Part shown: positions 8,807-19,194 of the stretch, in pieces
How positions within the stretch are numbered: position 1 is the first letter of the stretch
Layout: each line of letters begins with the position of its first letter
Origin: an uncultured Candidatus Saccharibacteria bacterium
Lineage (GTDB): Bacteria; Patescibacteriota; JAQUNI01
Length of the DNA stretch: 64,000 nt
Direction: 5' to 3'
Assembly: GCA_964555185.1 (NCBI GenBank)
Contig: CAZKRD010000001.1
Span: 124,265 to 188,264 of the forward strand
Notes under the pieces: model-generated
Told to the model about the DNA's origin: nothing
The model's database searches: none
The model's input: only the letters and a program-made list of their open reading frames with translations
Position numbers and translations under genes: made by a program

Positions 8807-11800
8807 AAATATTTGCTCTGCTCGCTTTTATCCTGATCGGCGTGTTTTGGGGTGTGGGAAGGGTCGCGAAGGTTCAGGCGGAGAATCTGGTGGAGTGCAA
8901 ACGGAAAGCCTCTGTAGCAGCAACAGCATCATATTGGACAAAGGGTGATGTAAAGTGTGATTTAGATCAGAATCAGATTTGTGCCTACTATTCGGAATGG
9001 GGTAGCTTGGGATGGTATCCTAAAGAGATATGTAAAAAATTAGTTGAGGCCCGACATTGCTTAGGAGAAGACCCTGACTGTAATACAGATTTTGAAGGCG
9101 CTTTATTTGGAGGCGATGTAGAGAATGTTAAAATGAGAGAAGGGATTGAAACTGTGCCAGCTTATTATATGAGTGATAAGGATTATAAAATTGGCTGTCA
9201 GCAAGGGTTTTCGCCTGCTTCAACTGGCGATCATGAGAGGGCAATAGGTGTTGGTTTGGGGAGGAGGTCTGCTGAAATCTATCAATGCTTAGAGGAAACC
9301 GACCCCGGGGTTTATCAGGATGCTTGCGGCGATGGCAGAGGCGTACATAAAGAAGGGGATCAAATCATACCCACGGCTTGTGTAAGCTCTGATAAGCAAT
9401 GCGTGCCTCAGACCAAAGACGGACAATATGTATTCTTCGCGATTGCTAATAGAACGCTAACGCGCGAACAGGAATGGGTTGATGTTGGTAATCCATCGAG
9501 AGTCGTTATAAAACCAGGAAGCAAGGCTTATTGTTATGATACTTATCAAGAGATAGATTCTGCTAATTGTTATTTAGAAGCAGATAAAGACTTAATAGAT
9601 AAAGATTCTCCTGGCAGAAAGATTACCCCTAGCATAAACGCTGTTTATGGCGCAATAGTTGGTCAGAACGTTAAAGAATATTTTAGGCCGCATTATGAAT
9701 GTGAAGAAGGGGGCAGTGCATTTTGGCAGATATTCAACAGCACAATCGGCGTAGCATTGACCACGATTTTTGGCCTTATTGCCTCGGTTATTATTTTTAT
9801 TCTTGGCGCTGTGTTTTGGCTCGTTACCGCTTTTTTGGAATGGGTAATGGGGATTAGTAAGATAGAGGTAGGGATTATTGATATTGTTTGGGAGTTTTTG
9901 CGTGATTTTTCCAATATGTTCTTTATTATCATCCTGCTCTATATTGCTTTCTGTACGGTTTTGCGCATCCAGAGCCAGAATATTAAAAAAGCCCTGCCCT
10001 GGTTTATGTTTTCTGTCATCCTGATCAATTTTTCTCAAGTGATTTGTCAGATAGTGCTTGATTTTTCCCAGATTTTGATTGACGGCATTTATTACTTAAT
10101 GCCCGGGAACTGGTGGGGGCGGGTAAATTTTGTTTTGCATGCCGGGGGCATGGATGAATGGATGAATGTCAGGACTGTTTTTGGCAGTAGAAAGTTAAAT
10201 GATTTTGTCGGCGTAATCGGGGCGCAGGGTTTGAGTATTCTTTATATGGTGGCGTCCGTGATTGTTTTTGGCGCGACTGCTTTTCTTTTGGCAATCCGGA
10301 TTGTGGTTTTGTGGATTATGACCGCGATTTCGCCGCTTATTTATGTCGCGATGGCTGTTGGCAACAAGGGCATTGTCAAAAAGTACTGGATCAGTTTCTT
10401 GCGCACAGCCTTTTTCGCGCCAGTAATGATTTTTTGTATTGTCATCTCCATTGTTATTTTAAGCTATGATTTGGATGATTATTTAAAGTCAGAAGTGGGT
10501 ACAGTAGAACAGGTTTTAAGTGAAGAAGCAACTCAAGGAAATATTGTCACCGAAGCCGGCTCATTCCAGAATTTTATCCAACTGATTTTCGCCCTTGCTT
10601 TTATGTGTACTGGGCTTGTTGTCGCGCGCAAAGGCAGTGTGATCGGCGCTGACGGGGTAGTTAAAGGGGCGATGAAGCTTGGCAAGATGACTGCGCCCTG
10701 GATCACGGGTGTTAAACCGGCTGGCCATGGCGTGAAAGCGCTGGCTGGCTATGGCTGGCGTCAGGCCTTGAAGAGCCGGGCCGGGAAATATTTGAAGGTT
10801 GTCAGTCCCACGGTTTGGAAAAGAGCAACCAAGGCGCGCCGCGAGCGCGTGATGGAAGAAACTTTTGTCCCGCGCGCTGCCGAACTACAGCCAAGGCTCG
10901 CCGGCTGGCATGCTTTTTGGCACGGCGGCGGTCCTGCCTATGAGATGGAGAAGAAGAGAGCGGATAGTGCTAAAAGGAAATTAGCCAAAGATGAAGGCGA
11001 TAGGTTGACTCAGACTGATGAGCCATCAGAGTCTTTTATTGGCGTAATGAAAGTAGCCTTAGATCAAGCTAAGGAGCGGGGTGATCTTGGTTCGATTCGT
11101 GCGCTAACCCCTCTTGTTGAAGGAGCGCTCCGCACGGCGGGAATAGCGCGCGGCGACTGGAATGATGTCTTAAAGAGTAAATTTCTTAAAGAATCGGGAT
11201 ATGGCATTCAAAGAGCGACAACCGGCGCTGATGTTAGGATGTTTAAACAGCTTTTCGGCGATGACCCAGAGGCAATTCAAGTTTTAAACAGTTTGGCCGA
11301 GTCTTCCAAATCCAAATACACCCACCTTGCTTACGCTACCTATTTTGATGAAGAACAAGGCAAGCTGATCTATGGTATTGATAGAAAGGCGACAAGGTCG
11401 GAGATGAAAAGTGAGTTAGAAAAGTTAAATAAAAGAAGATTGAAAGCAGGCGAACAGGAGATGGAATTTGATGATTTCTATGAAGAGATTATTGAAAACT
11501 TAGGACAGGTTGACTCAACTGTTCGAGAAAATAAGCGGCTTCAGCAATTAGGTATGGCCGATGAGGTAGCCAATATAATCAAATTCTATAATAATGACCG
11601 CTCTAAAACAATTCTGGGTGAATTGGCGAAGAAAAGCCCTAAGGATAAATGGACAGTTAATCCAGGCGCGTTTGCCGCGGAAATCGGTGGGGGCTACACA
11701 GACCCTGAGACTGGTGAGTGGCATAAATATTATGGCGAGACAGCTTCAACAGAAGCCTATGTTGAAAGTGCAACCATGGCCGACGCAACAAGAATCGACA

Positions 11801-12159
11801 GCTGGGCTCCTCCGCGCATGCGCAAGGCCATTCTTGGTAATGAAAAAATGGTGAATAAAGTTCTTGAAGGGATAGAAACAAAGAGAAGAAAGGAGAAAAA
11901 AGATGAACTTGAGCAAGCAAAGGCTGTAGGTAACAGAGAAGAAGTAGAGAGAATTGAAAATTATATTACGGAACAAAGAGTAGTTTGGAACGCATTGTAT
12001 AGGAAGCTTAAGATAAAAGAGAAAACTGTTGTTGATGGAACCAAAAAGCAAACTGTTGTTGATGGAACCGAGGACGAGACAACAAGAACAGAGGAAGACG
12101 AAGCAGATGCTGCTGAAGATGCAGCTGCAGCTGCTGAAGAGGAAACAGAAGGAACTTAA
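8788..12159 (+). CDS. VirB6/TrbL-like polytopic membrane protein with Cys-rich N-terminal ectodomain and long charged C-terminal tail
   Basis: 1123 aa. Multi-TM core (WEFLRDFSNMFFIIILLYIAF...LINFS...RIVVLWI) typical of CPR T4SS-like clusters; lies upstream of prgI/virB4. Confidence 0.7.
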   Translation: MRKNKLKIFALLAFILIGVFWGVGRVAKVQAENLVECKRKASVAATASYWTKGDVKCDLDQNQICAYYSEWGSLGWYPKEICKKLVEARHCLGEDPDCNTDFEGALFGGDVENVKMREGIETVPAYYMSDKDYKIGCQQGFSPASTGDHERAIGVGLGRRSAEIYQCLEETDPGVYQDACGDGRGVHKEGDQIIPTACVSSDKQCVPQTKDGQYVFFAIANRTLTREQEWVDVGNPSRVVIKPGSKAYCYDTYQEIDSANCYLEADKDLIDKDSPGRKITPSINAVYGAIVGQNVKEYFRPHYECEEGGSAFWQIFNSTIGVALTTIFGLIASVIIFILGAVFWLVTAFLEWVMGISKIEVGIIDIVWEFLRDFSNMFFIIILLYIAFCTVLRIQSQNIKKALPWFMFSVILINFSQVICQIVLDFSQILIDGIYYLMPGNWWGRVNFVLHAGGMDEWMNVRTVFGSRKLNDFVGVIGAQGLSILYMVASVIVFGATAFLLAIRIVVLWIMTAISPLIYVAMAVGNKGIVKKYWISFLRTAFFAPVMIFCIVISIVILSYDLDDYLKSEVGTVEQVLSEEATQGNIVTEAGSFQNFIQLIFALAFMCTGLVVARKGSVIGADGVVKGAMKLGKMTAPWITGVKPAGHGVKALAGYGWRQALKSRAGKYLKVVSPTVWKRATKARRERVMEETFVPRAAELQPRLAGWHAFWHGGGPAYEMEKKRADSAKRKLAKDEGDRLTQTDEPSESFIGVMKVALDQAKERGDLGSIRALTPLVEGALRTAGIARGDWNDVLKSKFLKESGYGIQRATTGADVRMFKQLFGDDPEAIQVLNSLAESSKSKYTHLAYATYFDEEQGKLIYGIDRKATRSEMKSELEKLNKRRLKAGEQEMEFDDFYEEIIENLGQVDSTVRENKRLQQLGMADEVANIIKFYNNDRSKTILGELAKKSPKDKWTVNPGAFAAEIGGGYTDPETGEWHKYYGETASTEAYVESATMADATRIDSWAPPRMRKAILGNEKMVNKVLEGIETKRRKEKKDELEQAKAVGNREEVERIENYITEQRVVWNALYRKLKIKEKTVVDGTKKQTVVDGTEDETTRTEEDEADAAEDAAAAAEEETEGT

Positions 12160-12186
12160 AAATTTAAGACAAATATAATTTGATCC

Positions 12187-13374
12187 ATGGATCAGGATTT
12201 AAATAATTTAAAAGTACAAGATTTAAGCCGGCAAGAGGTAGTGAACAAGATTCAAGCCAAGGTTAGTTTTATTATCCGCTTTGCTGACGATGATCAGGCT
12301 TGGCCTCTTTCTTTGGCTTTAAGGAGGATTCGCAAACAGAAGGATAAGGCCTTAACCCCCGAGCTTTTAGAGCGGCTAAAGCTGTGGTCAGTTTTAGTGG
12401 ATTATGTTTGTTTTCCGGCGCAAACCGAAGAGAGGACAATCGAAATCTTCCGAGATCATATGAAGGAAGTGTTGAGTTTGGAGCGGGACACGGTTATGGG
12501 CGGTTTGGAAAGCAAGCTGTGGGCTGATCCTGCCGGCCCTCGCGAGGAGCTGGGCGTCAAGCTGATTGGGGCTTTGAAGGCAAACAGGCAAAAGCTTGGA
12601 GATTTGACCTTGGGCGAATGGATTGCCACTTTTATCCATAGTTACCCCAATGTTCCTAATCTGGCTGATTTTGAAGAACGGAATTTTTTGAACAAAAACA
12701 AACAAGCGCGCGCTCTTGACCCCAAAGGCAGAGAGATTCTAGCTAAGCTTTTAAAGGTTTATGATCTCTTGCGTCCTTTAGAGGCGGGCAATTATTATTT
12801 CCAAGCGCTGGCGCAAGGCAAAGACTTGTTCGTCGAAGAAGAAAAGCAGGTAAGACTGGGTCGGGCCTTAGGCAGGACAGCGCGGCTCCAAGACGGTAGA
12901 GCTGGAGTGCGGAGTTTTCAGGATATTCGGACCCAGGGCAAGAGTCCGCGCGTTCCTCCCAGGGCGCCGCGGGGAGTGGGACAAGGAAGCAGGCCCGTTC
13001 CGCTCGGGCAAGGCCAAGGCCAAGTCTCCCCAAGGGCGGCGACTACCCAAGGGATTAATCCGCCGCCAAGGGTTCCAGTTTTGCCCCCTGATTTTAAGAT
13101 TAAGCCCCGGCTGGAAATCGAAAAACCAACCAAGCCTTCTTTTCAAAATCAAATATCTCCTAAATCCGAGCAGGTTCCGAGTCCTTCAAGCCAAGTTGAA
13201 CCAGAAACCCCTCGGGAAGCGGGCGCTTTGACTGTTGGCGAGCTGGAGAGAGCGGCCCAGAGAGGCGATCCGGTCGAAGAAGAGAGGCTGCGGAAAATGA
13301 TCCGTCAGGGTTTTAACAAGCTCTCGCCAGAAGCGCGCCAATATGTTAGCAACAGTCCCTTTTGGGCAGAGTAG
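12187..13374 (+). CDS. Hypothetical protein of the T4SS-like cluster (Pro-rich C-terminal half)
   Basis: 395-aa co-oriented ORF. Confidence 0.75.
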   Translation: MDQDLNNLKVQDLSRQEVVNKIQAKVSFIIRFADDDQAWPLSLALRRIRKQKDKALTPELLERLKLWSVLVDYVCFPAQTEERTIEIFRDHMKEVLSLERDTVMGGLESKLWADPAGPREELGVKLIGALKANRQKLGDLTLGEWIATFIHSYPNVPNLADFEERNFLNKNKQARALDPKGREILAKLLKVYDLLRPLEAGNYYFQALAQGKDLFVEEEKQVRLGRALGRTARLQDGRAGVRSFQDIRTQGKSPRVPPRAPRGVGQGSRPVPLGQGQGQVSPRAATTQGINPPPRVPVLPPDFKIKPRLEIEKPTKPSFQNQISPKSEQVPSPSSQVEPETPREAGALTVGELERAAQRGDPVEEERLRKMIRQGFNKLSPEARQYVSNSPFWAE

Positions 13375-13394
13375 TATTTATTTTAAAATTTCAA

Positions 13395-14621
13395 ATGAGA
13401 AGAGAAAATTCAGGAAAAAATTTTGCTTATGGAATGGAACGGAAAAGAGCAGATGTTTCTAAAAGGCAGTTAGCAAAAAATGAAGCCAAAACACTGCTAG
13501 AATCAGATGAACCAACCGAGTCTATTGTTTATATTTTAAAACAGGAATTAGAACGGCTTGAAAAGAAAGGGCTTCTTGGCACAGACCAAGCTTTAACCCC
13601 TTTAGCAGAGGGAGCAATGCGTGCAGCGGCTTCCCGCGGGGATTGGAATAATGTTTTGAGAAGCGATCTTCTAAAAAGATACGACTATGGTACTCAAAAG
13701 GCAAGTACGGGCGCTGATGTTAGGATGTTTAAGAAACTTTTTGGCGATAGTTCAGAAGCAATTCAGGTTTTAAACAGTTTAGCTGAATCCTCTAAAGCCG
13801 AGTACACCCATTTGGCTTATGCCACTTATTATGATGGAGAAGAGAGTAGGTTAAAATACAGCATAGATAGAAAAGAATACTTAGATTCAATGGAAGAGCA
13901 AAGGGTGAAAATGAATAAAAAGAGAAGAAAAGCTGGACAAGAGGAGATTTCAAGGGATGATTTTTATAATCTAGTTATTGATAATTTAGGAGAAGTGGAC
14001 GCGGAGATTAGACAGAAGAATGAGTTAAAGAAGGAAAATGTTGCTGAAGGAATAGCTGAAGTGATTAAGCTTTATAATAAAGATCGGGGTGATGCGATTA
14101 TGGCTGAATTGGCAAAAAAGGATCCTAAAGCTAAATGGAAGGTTAACCCGGGCGTATTTGCCGCGGAAATTGGCGGCGGTTATTGGGAGTTGAATCCCGA
14201 AACAGGCAAAGAGGAATATGTTGCTAAATACTATGGCGAAACAGCATCATCTCGGGCTTATATTGAGAGCGCGACCACGGCGGACGCGGAAAGAATAGAC
14301 AGTTGGGCTTCTCCGCGCATGCGCAGAGCTATTCTTGATAATAGGAAAATGGTGAATAACATCCTTGAAAGAATAGAAAACGAGAAAAGAGAGGAAGCTA
14401 AGAAAGCAAGGATTTCGGGAAATGCAGAAGAAGTAAGGAGACTTGAAGACTATGCTAACAAAAAGAGGGTAATTTGGAATCGTATATATGAAAAACTTGA
14501 GATATCACAAAGCAAGGACGGTAATGCTGGTACTGGTTTCATCGATAGAGAGGGAAAAGCTCAAGTTGTGGCTGAAGATGATGAGGCCGCAGTAGCCAAA
14601 GAAGAAACAGGGGGGACTTAA
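13395..14621 (+). CDS. Stand-alone paralog of the C-terminal tail of the VirB6-like protein
   Basis: Shares RGDWN.VL, TGADVRMFK.LFGD, THLAYATY, VNPG.FAAEIGGGY, RIDSWA.PRMR and the terminal ET.GT* with 8788..12159. No TM segments. Confidence 0.85.
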   Translation: MRRENSGKNFAYGMERKRADVSKRQLAKNEAKTLLESDEPTESIVYILKQELERLEKKGLLGTDQALTPLAEGAMRAAASRGDWNNVLRSDLLKRYDYGTQKASTGADVRMFKKLFGDSSEAIQVLNSLAESSKAEYTHLAYATYYDGEESRLKYSIDRKEYLDSMEEQRVKMNKKRRKAGQEEISRDDFYNLVIDNLGEVDAEIRQKNELKKENVAEGIAEVIKLYNKDRGDAIMAELAKKDPKAKWKVNPGVFAAEIGGGYWELNPETGKEEYVAKYYGETASSRAYIESATTADAERIDSWASPRMRRAILDNRKMVNNILERIENEKREEAKKARISGNAEEVRRLEDYANKKRVIWNRIYEKLEISQSKDGNAGTGFIDREGKAQVVAEDDEAAVAKEETGGT

Positions 14622-14632
14622 AAAATAATGGT

Positions 14633-15772
14633 ATGACTAATTTTTCTAAGAAAATTCTTCCAATTGCCGCTTCTCAAGAAACAGCGTCAAAGTTAGCTCA
14701 GATTGCTGAACGTTTTTCATTATCCCGCGAACAGCGGAATCTTCAGGCGCGGATTTTGAGTAAGCTTTTGACCGCGGAAATCGGCCCGGAAGACTTGGCG
14801 CGCGTTTTAAGGATTAATCTTAATTTGAATGAGCAAAAAGCCAATACTCTTGCGCGCGCCATCCAGAAAGAGGTATTGGCGGGTTTAGATACCGGCGGCG
14901 GTTCTAAAAGGAGAAAGAAAATAAGAAAAAATAGGCAAAGACCGAAAAAGACAAGACCGGAGAAAAAGGGAAAATCAGAGCAGGCAAAGTTTAGCGCTCA
15001 AGAATTAAGAGCATGGTTTGATCGTCTTGTCAGGGATTTCAATTTGAATTTATCAGAGCTTCAGACCTCTCGTTTAGAGAGCGCGGCTTTGACCTATCTC
15101 AAAGATGTCCGTGATGAGATCGAAACCGAAAATGTTTTGTACCGCTCCCAGAACGAAGGAGGAGTTGGTTTGGCTGTTCCAGAGGCCGTAAAGATTACCC
15201 GCCGTCTAATAGAAGACTTCCCGGAAGAGGAGAAAAACGGGATCCGCAAGTCTTTCCATCCCAGAAGATCCGCAAGAGAAAGGGAAAAGCCGCCAGAGAA
15301 GCCCTTCCCGCCAGAAAGTCTCCGAGCAACTCAACCAATCGAGAGACCAAAAGCTATCGCGCCAGAGGGAGCCCGCCTAATCTCTGATGTGATTGGAGCG
15401 CCGCCTCGCCTTTCCCAGAGACCAAAACAGAAAAAGAGGGGCTTGTCTATTTCTGATTTAAGCCAGATTGCTCAACTAAAAGATTTGAGCATTGAGGCCT
15501 TTAAGAGAAAGCGGGCCGCGCAAGTCGTCAGCGAATTTCAGAATAAAATTAACGCCCTGGTGGGCAAAGATGAAGCGAAAAGAATGCAGAGCATTGAGGC
15601 TTGGCGCCAGTGCGAACCTTATCAGCTATACATTATGATCGGCGAAGAAAGCATTGGCCAGGGCAAGACCGTAGCCGAAGTAGCCCGCGAGAGAGCAAGA
15701 CAGAACAAGCCTTATTTAACCGAGGAGGAATTCAATGCGGTCGCGGATGTGAGCCGCGAGTTTCAATACTAA
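14633..15772 (+). CDS. Conserved hypothetical protein upstream of prgI
   Basis: 379 aa. The C-terminal I.AWRQ.E.YQLY...LTEEEF.A motif resembles CPR genes found at this position (from recall). Confidence 0.7.
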   Translation: MTNFSKKILPIAASQETASKLAQIAERFSLSREQRNLQARILSKLLTAEIGPEDLARVLRINLNLNEQKANTLARAIQKEVLAGLDTGGGSKRRKKIRKNRQRPKKTRPEKKGKSEQAKFSAQELRAWFDRLVRDFNLNLSELQTSRLESAALTYLKDVRDEIETENVLYRSQNEGGVGLAVPEAVKITRRLIEDFPEEEKNGIRKSFHPRRSAREREKPPEKPFPPESLRATQPIERPKAIAPEGARLISDVIGAPPRLSQRPKQKKRGLSISDLSQIAQLKDLSIEAFKRKRAAQVVSEFQNKINALVGKDEAKRMQSIEAWRQCEPYQLYIMIGEESIGQGKTVAEVARERARQNKPYLTEEEFNAVADVSREFQY

Positions 15773-15788
15773 TTTTGATACTAAAATT

Positions 15789-16205
15789 ATGCAAGCAGTC
15801 GTACCCCAATTTATTGAAGTTGAAGACAGAATCATTGGCCCTTTAACCTTAAAACAGTTTCTTTATTTTTTAGCAGCCGGCGGCATAGAGCTTGTCTATT
15901 GGTTTTTCTTTGATTTTTCTTTATTTATTTTAATCAGTATTCCGACCGTAGCGATCGCCTTCGCCTTCGCCTTCTTTAAGATTAACGATCGGCCTTTTAT
16001 CTATTTTGTTTTAGCGGTCATTGGGTTTTATCTAAAACCAGTGGTCAGGGTTTGGCATCGCCGCGGCAGTAAATTAACGGCGCGGGATATTATTGCTGTT
16101 TCTTTCCTTGAAGAAACTGAAGGTGTGGGGCACAAGGATTTGCTTAAAGCGCATATGAAGCGGGGACGGCTAGCCCACATCGAGAAAGCGCTTGAAACAG
16201 CGTAG
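15789..16205 (+). CDS. prgI: PrgI family membrane protein
   Basis: VPQFIEVEDRIIGPLTLKQF, two TM helices, KINDRPF. Confidence 0.85.
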   Translation: MQAVVPQFIEVEDRIIGPLTLKQFLYFLAAGGIELVYWFFFDFSLFILISIPTVAIAFAFAFFKINDRPFIYFVLAVIGFYLKPVVRVWHRRGSKLTARDIIAVSFLEETEGVGHKDLLKAHMKRGRLAHIEKALETA

Positions 16206-16211
16206 AGTTTA

Positions 16212-16393
16212 GTTTAAAATTCAAAATGCAAAGTTAAAAGTTGCAATTAGAAGTTTAAAGTTATGGAAAATAAGGAGTTGAAAGGACAGCTAGTTAGGTT
16301 CCTATATCTATCGCTACTTTAATAAATTTGATAAAGAAAAGAAAACTTTAAATTTTGGATTCAATTTTGAACTTTGAACTTTGAACTTTTAAC
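16212..16393. repeat. Inverted degenerate heptamer arrays (AAAGTTC-like / TTTGAAC-like) around a short decayed ORF
   Basis: aaaattc aaaatgc aaagtta aaagttg ... ttttgaac tttgaac tttgaac ttttaac. Confidence 0.7.
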
Positions 16394-16402
16394 TATATAC
16401 CT

Positions 16403-17155
16403 ATGCCCCCCAAACAAAAACCTAAAAATAAAACTAATCCCAAGGAGAATAAGAAGTCCAAAGGCCGTTTTTTCAGTCTCCATTCCAAAAAGCTGACCGC
16501 GGGCAAGCCCAAGAAAACCACCCAGCAATTTTTGGATATTGTTGGGATCAGGGATAATACAGTGGTGCTTCGCGACGGCACTCTGCGCGCGATTATCATG
16601 GTTTCCAGTATGAATTTTTCTTTGAAGGGCCAAGAAGAGCAGAACTCCATTATCTATAGTTATCAAAGTCTTTTGAATGCTCTGAATTTTCCTATCCAGT
16701 TTGTGATTCAGTCTCGAGAATTGAATATTGAGTCCTATCTTAAAAATTTGGAAGAGCTAGAAGCAAAGCAAACGAATGAGCTTTTAAGGATTCAGACCAT
16801 AGAATACCGCGAGTACGTGAGCGAACTTGTTGAGTGGGGCCAGATTATGCGCAAACGTTTTTACATAGTCGTATCCTATGCTTTGGTGGAAGCCAAGGAA
16901 GAAAGTATGCTGTCCAAATTCAGAGCGATTGTGCGGCCGGCGGAGATTGTGCGGCAAAAGGAAAAAGACTTCTTAAGATACAAAAGTCTTTTGGATCAGA
17001 GAGTGGCGCGTATGGACGGTCTCCTAAATTCAATCGGCTTAAAGAGCGTACGTTTGAATACACAGGAATTAATTGAGCTGTTCTATAACGTCTACAATCC
17101 GTTTGTTTCTAGAACTCAGCCCTTAGCTGATGTTAAGAAACTTAATATTGTCTAG
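16403..17155 (+). CDS. Conserved T4SS-like cluster protein (VirB4 N-terminal-like partner)
   Basis: TQQFLDI..IRDNTVVL.DG.LRAI..VSSMNFSLK..EEQ..I..YQ.LLN.L.FPIQ; sits between prgI and virB4. Confidence 0.75.
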   Translation: MPPKQKPKNKTNPKENKKSKGRFFSLHSKKLTAGKPKKTTQQFLDIVGIRDNTVVLRDGTLRAIIMVSSMNFSLKGQEEQNSIIYSYQSLLNALNFPIQFVIQSRELNIESYLKNLEELEAKQTNELLRIQTIEYREYVSELVEWGQIMRKRFYIVVSYALVEAKEESMLSKFRAIVRPAEIVRQKEKDFLRYKSLLDQRVARMDGLLNSIGLKSVRLNTQELIELFYNVYNPFVSRTQPLADVKKLNIV

Positions 17156-17176
17156 CCCTAAATCAGAAATAAATCA

Positions 17177-19117
17177 ATGCCTAATCCAAAAAACAACAAA
17201 GCCAAAAAAGAGTCAAGGGGTAAGCCCATTTTAGAAATTGTTGGTCCTGGCGCGTCCTCCAGGCTGGGTTTAACCCAAGAAGAGAAGGTAAGAGTTCTTG
17301 AGGCGCAGAAAGATTATTTAGAAGGCATCGCCACAATCAGAGACTTAATCGCGCCAGCGGCGATGAAGATTGACTCCCGTTATGTGCAGATTGGAGACTA
17401 TTTTGCGCGCACTCTTTTTATCTTCACTTATCCGCGTTATCTGCATACCGATTGGTTCTCGCCCGTGATTAATATGGACGCGGTTTTTGATGTAGCGATG
17501 TTTGTTTATCCTCAAAGTTCAGCTTCAGTTTTAAAGCGCCTGACTAAAAGCGCGGCCCAAATTTCTTCCTCTATTTCAATGGAGCGGGAAAAAGGCAAGG
17601 TCAGAAGCCCGATGCTTGAGACCGCGCATAGGGATGTTGAGTCATTACGAGATGCCTTGCAGCAGGGTACAGAGCGATTATTTAAATTCGCTCTCTATAT
17701 AACCATTTATGGGACTTCCTTAAAACATCTCGACAAAAATACAAAAAGGGTGGAAGTCTTGCTGGGCACTCGCTTGATCTATGCTAAGCATGCTATTTTC
17801 CAAAGCGAGCAGGGATTTAACTCTACTCTGCCGCTTGCCAATGACGAGCTTTTTATTGTTAACAATTTGAATACTTCGCCTTTGTCCACCAGCTTCCCTT
17901 TTGTTTCTTATGAGCTTTCTTCTAATGAAGGAATTCTTTACGGTGTTAATCGCCATAATAACAGCTTGATTCTTTTTGACCGTTTTTCTTTGGAAAATGC
18001 TAATAGCGTGGTTTTTGGCAAATCAGGCGCGGGTAAGAGCTATGCGATTAAGCTTGAAATTTTGCGGAGCTTAATGTTGGGAACCGATGTTTTGGTGATT
18101 GATCCGGAGAATGAGTATAAGCACCTGGCCAGCGCGGTAGGGGGGGCCTTTTTGCAGATTTCTCTGTCCTCACCCCATCGGATTAATCCTTTTGATTTGA
18201 CCTTGGTCTCGCGCGCATCCAAGCCCGAGGACATTTTAAGAGAGGCAGTGATAAGTCTAAAGGGGCTTTTGAGATTAATTTTAAGCGGAGTTAGTCCAGA
18301 GGAAGACGCACTTTTAGATGAAGCGGTGATGCAGACCTATGCTTCCAAAGGGATTACCCCTGAAACTTCCTGGGAGGGCCGGGCAATGCCCACGATGGAT
18401 GACTTTGAACGGATCCTGCAGAGTATGGAAGGGACCGACAGTATGGTCCAGATTTTAAGCAAGTTTACCAAAGGAACCTTTGCCGGCATCTTTAATCAGC
18501 CGACTAATCTTACTATGGATAGGCAGTTCGTGGTTTTCAGTATTCGTGATTTGGAGGATGAGCTCCGGCCGATCGGGATGTATGTGGTTTTAAATTACAT
18601 TTGGAATATCGTTCGCGCGGAATTAAAGAGAAGGGTTTTGGTGGTGGACGAGGCCTGGTGGATGATGGAGCACGAGGACTCGGCCCAGTTCCTGTTTTCA
18701 ATCGCGAAAAGGGCGCGCAAGTATTATTTAGGATTGACTACGATCAGCCAGGATGTTAATGACTTCTTGGCTTCTCGCCACGGCCAGGCGATCGTGACCA
18801 ACTCTTCAATTCAGCTCCTTCTGCGCCAGTCTCCGGCCTCGATTGATCTAGTCGCTTCCGTTTTTCACCTCACCCAGGAGGAAAAGTATCTGCTTTTGGC
18901 TTCGGACGTGGGAGAGGGAATTTTCTTCGCCGGCAATAAGCACGTGGCGATCAAGATTGTCGCTTCTTATTCTGAAGACCAGATCATTACCTCTGATCCC
19001 AAGCAGCTGATTGAGATCGCGAAAGCGAAAGAGGAGTTTGCGAGAGTGAACAATCAAGAAAACGAGGCAGCGGAAGAGAGAGACGATTCAGAGCAAGGGG
19101 CAAGTAACACTATTTGA
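17177..19117 (+). CDS. virB4: VirB4/TraC-like ATPase
   Basis: Walker A GKSGAGKS, IDPENEY, Walker B VVDEAW, KRARKY, SQD. Confidence 0.9.
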   Translation: MPNPKNNKAKKESRGKPILEIVGPGASSRLGLTQEEKVRVLEAQKDYLEGIATIRDLIAPAAMKIDSRYVQIGDYFARTLFIFTYPRYLHTDWFSPVINMDAVFDVAMFVYPQSSASVLKRLTKSAAQISSSISMEREKGKVRSPMLETAHRDVESLRDALQQGTERLFKFALYITIYGTSLKHLDKNTKRVEVLLGTRLIYAKHAIFQSEQGFNSTLPLANDELFIVNNLNTSPLSTSFPFVSYELSSNEGILYGVNRHNNSLILFDRFSLENANSVVFGKSGAGKSYAIKLEILRSLMLGTDVLVIDPENEYKHLASAVGGAFLQISLSSPHRINPFDLTLVSRASKPEDILREAVISLKGLLRLILSGVSPEEDALLDEAVMQTYASKGITPETSWEGRAMPTMDDFERILQSMEGTDSMVQILSKFTKGTFAGIFNQPTNLTMDRQFVVFSIRDLEDELRPIGMYVVLNYIWNIVRAELKRRVLVVDEAWWMMEHEDSAQFLFSIAKRARKYYLGLTTISQDVNDFLASRHGQAIVTNSSIQLLLRQSPASIDLVASVFHLTQEEKYLLLASDVGEGIFFAGNKHVAIKIVASYSEDQIITSDPKQLIEIAKAKEEFARVNNQENEAAEERDDSEQGASNTI

Positions 19118-19194
19118 TTAAAAGTAAAACCGTTGCCAAGGTAGGGTAGAAGTGGACTAATTCTACACTTACCTTGCCGGTGGTTAATAAAATT

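Noticed and set aside
12022-12069. Short coding duplication (TVVDGT x2)
   Set aside because: Ordinary slippage in a low-complexity tail.
13360-13374. Same TTGGGCAGAGT (WAE*) ending as the gene ending at 19788
   Set aside because: An 11-nt match with no further similarity; probably chance.
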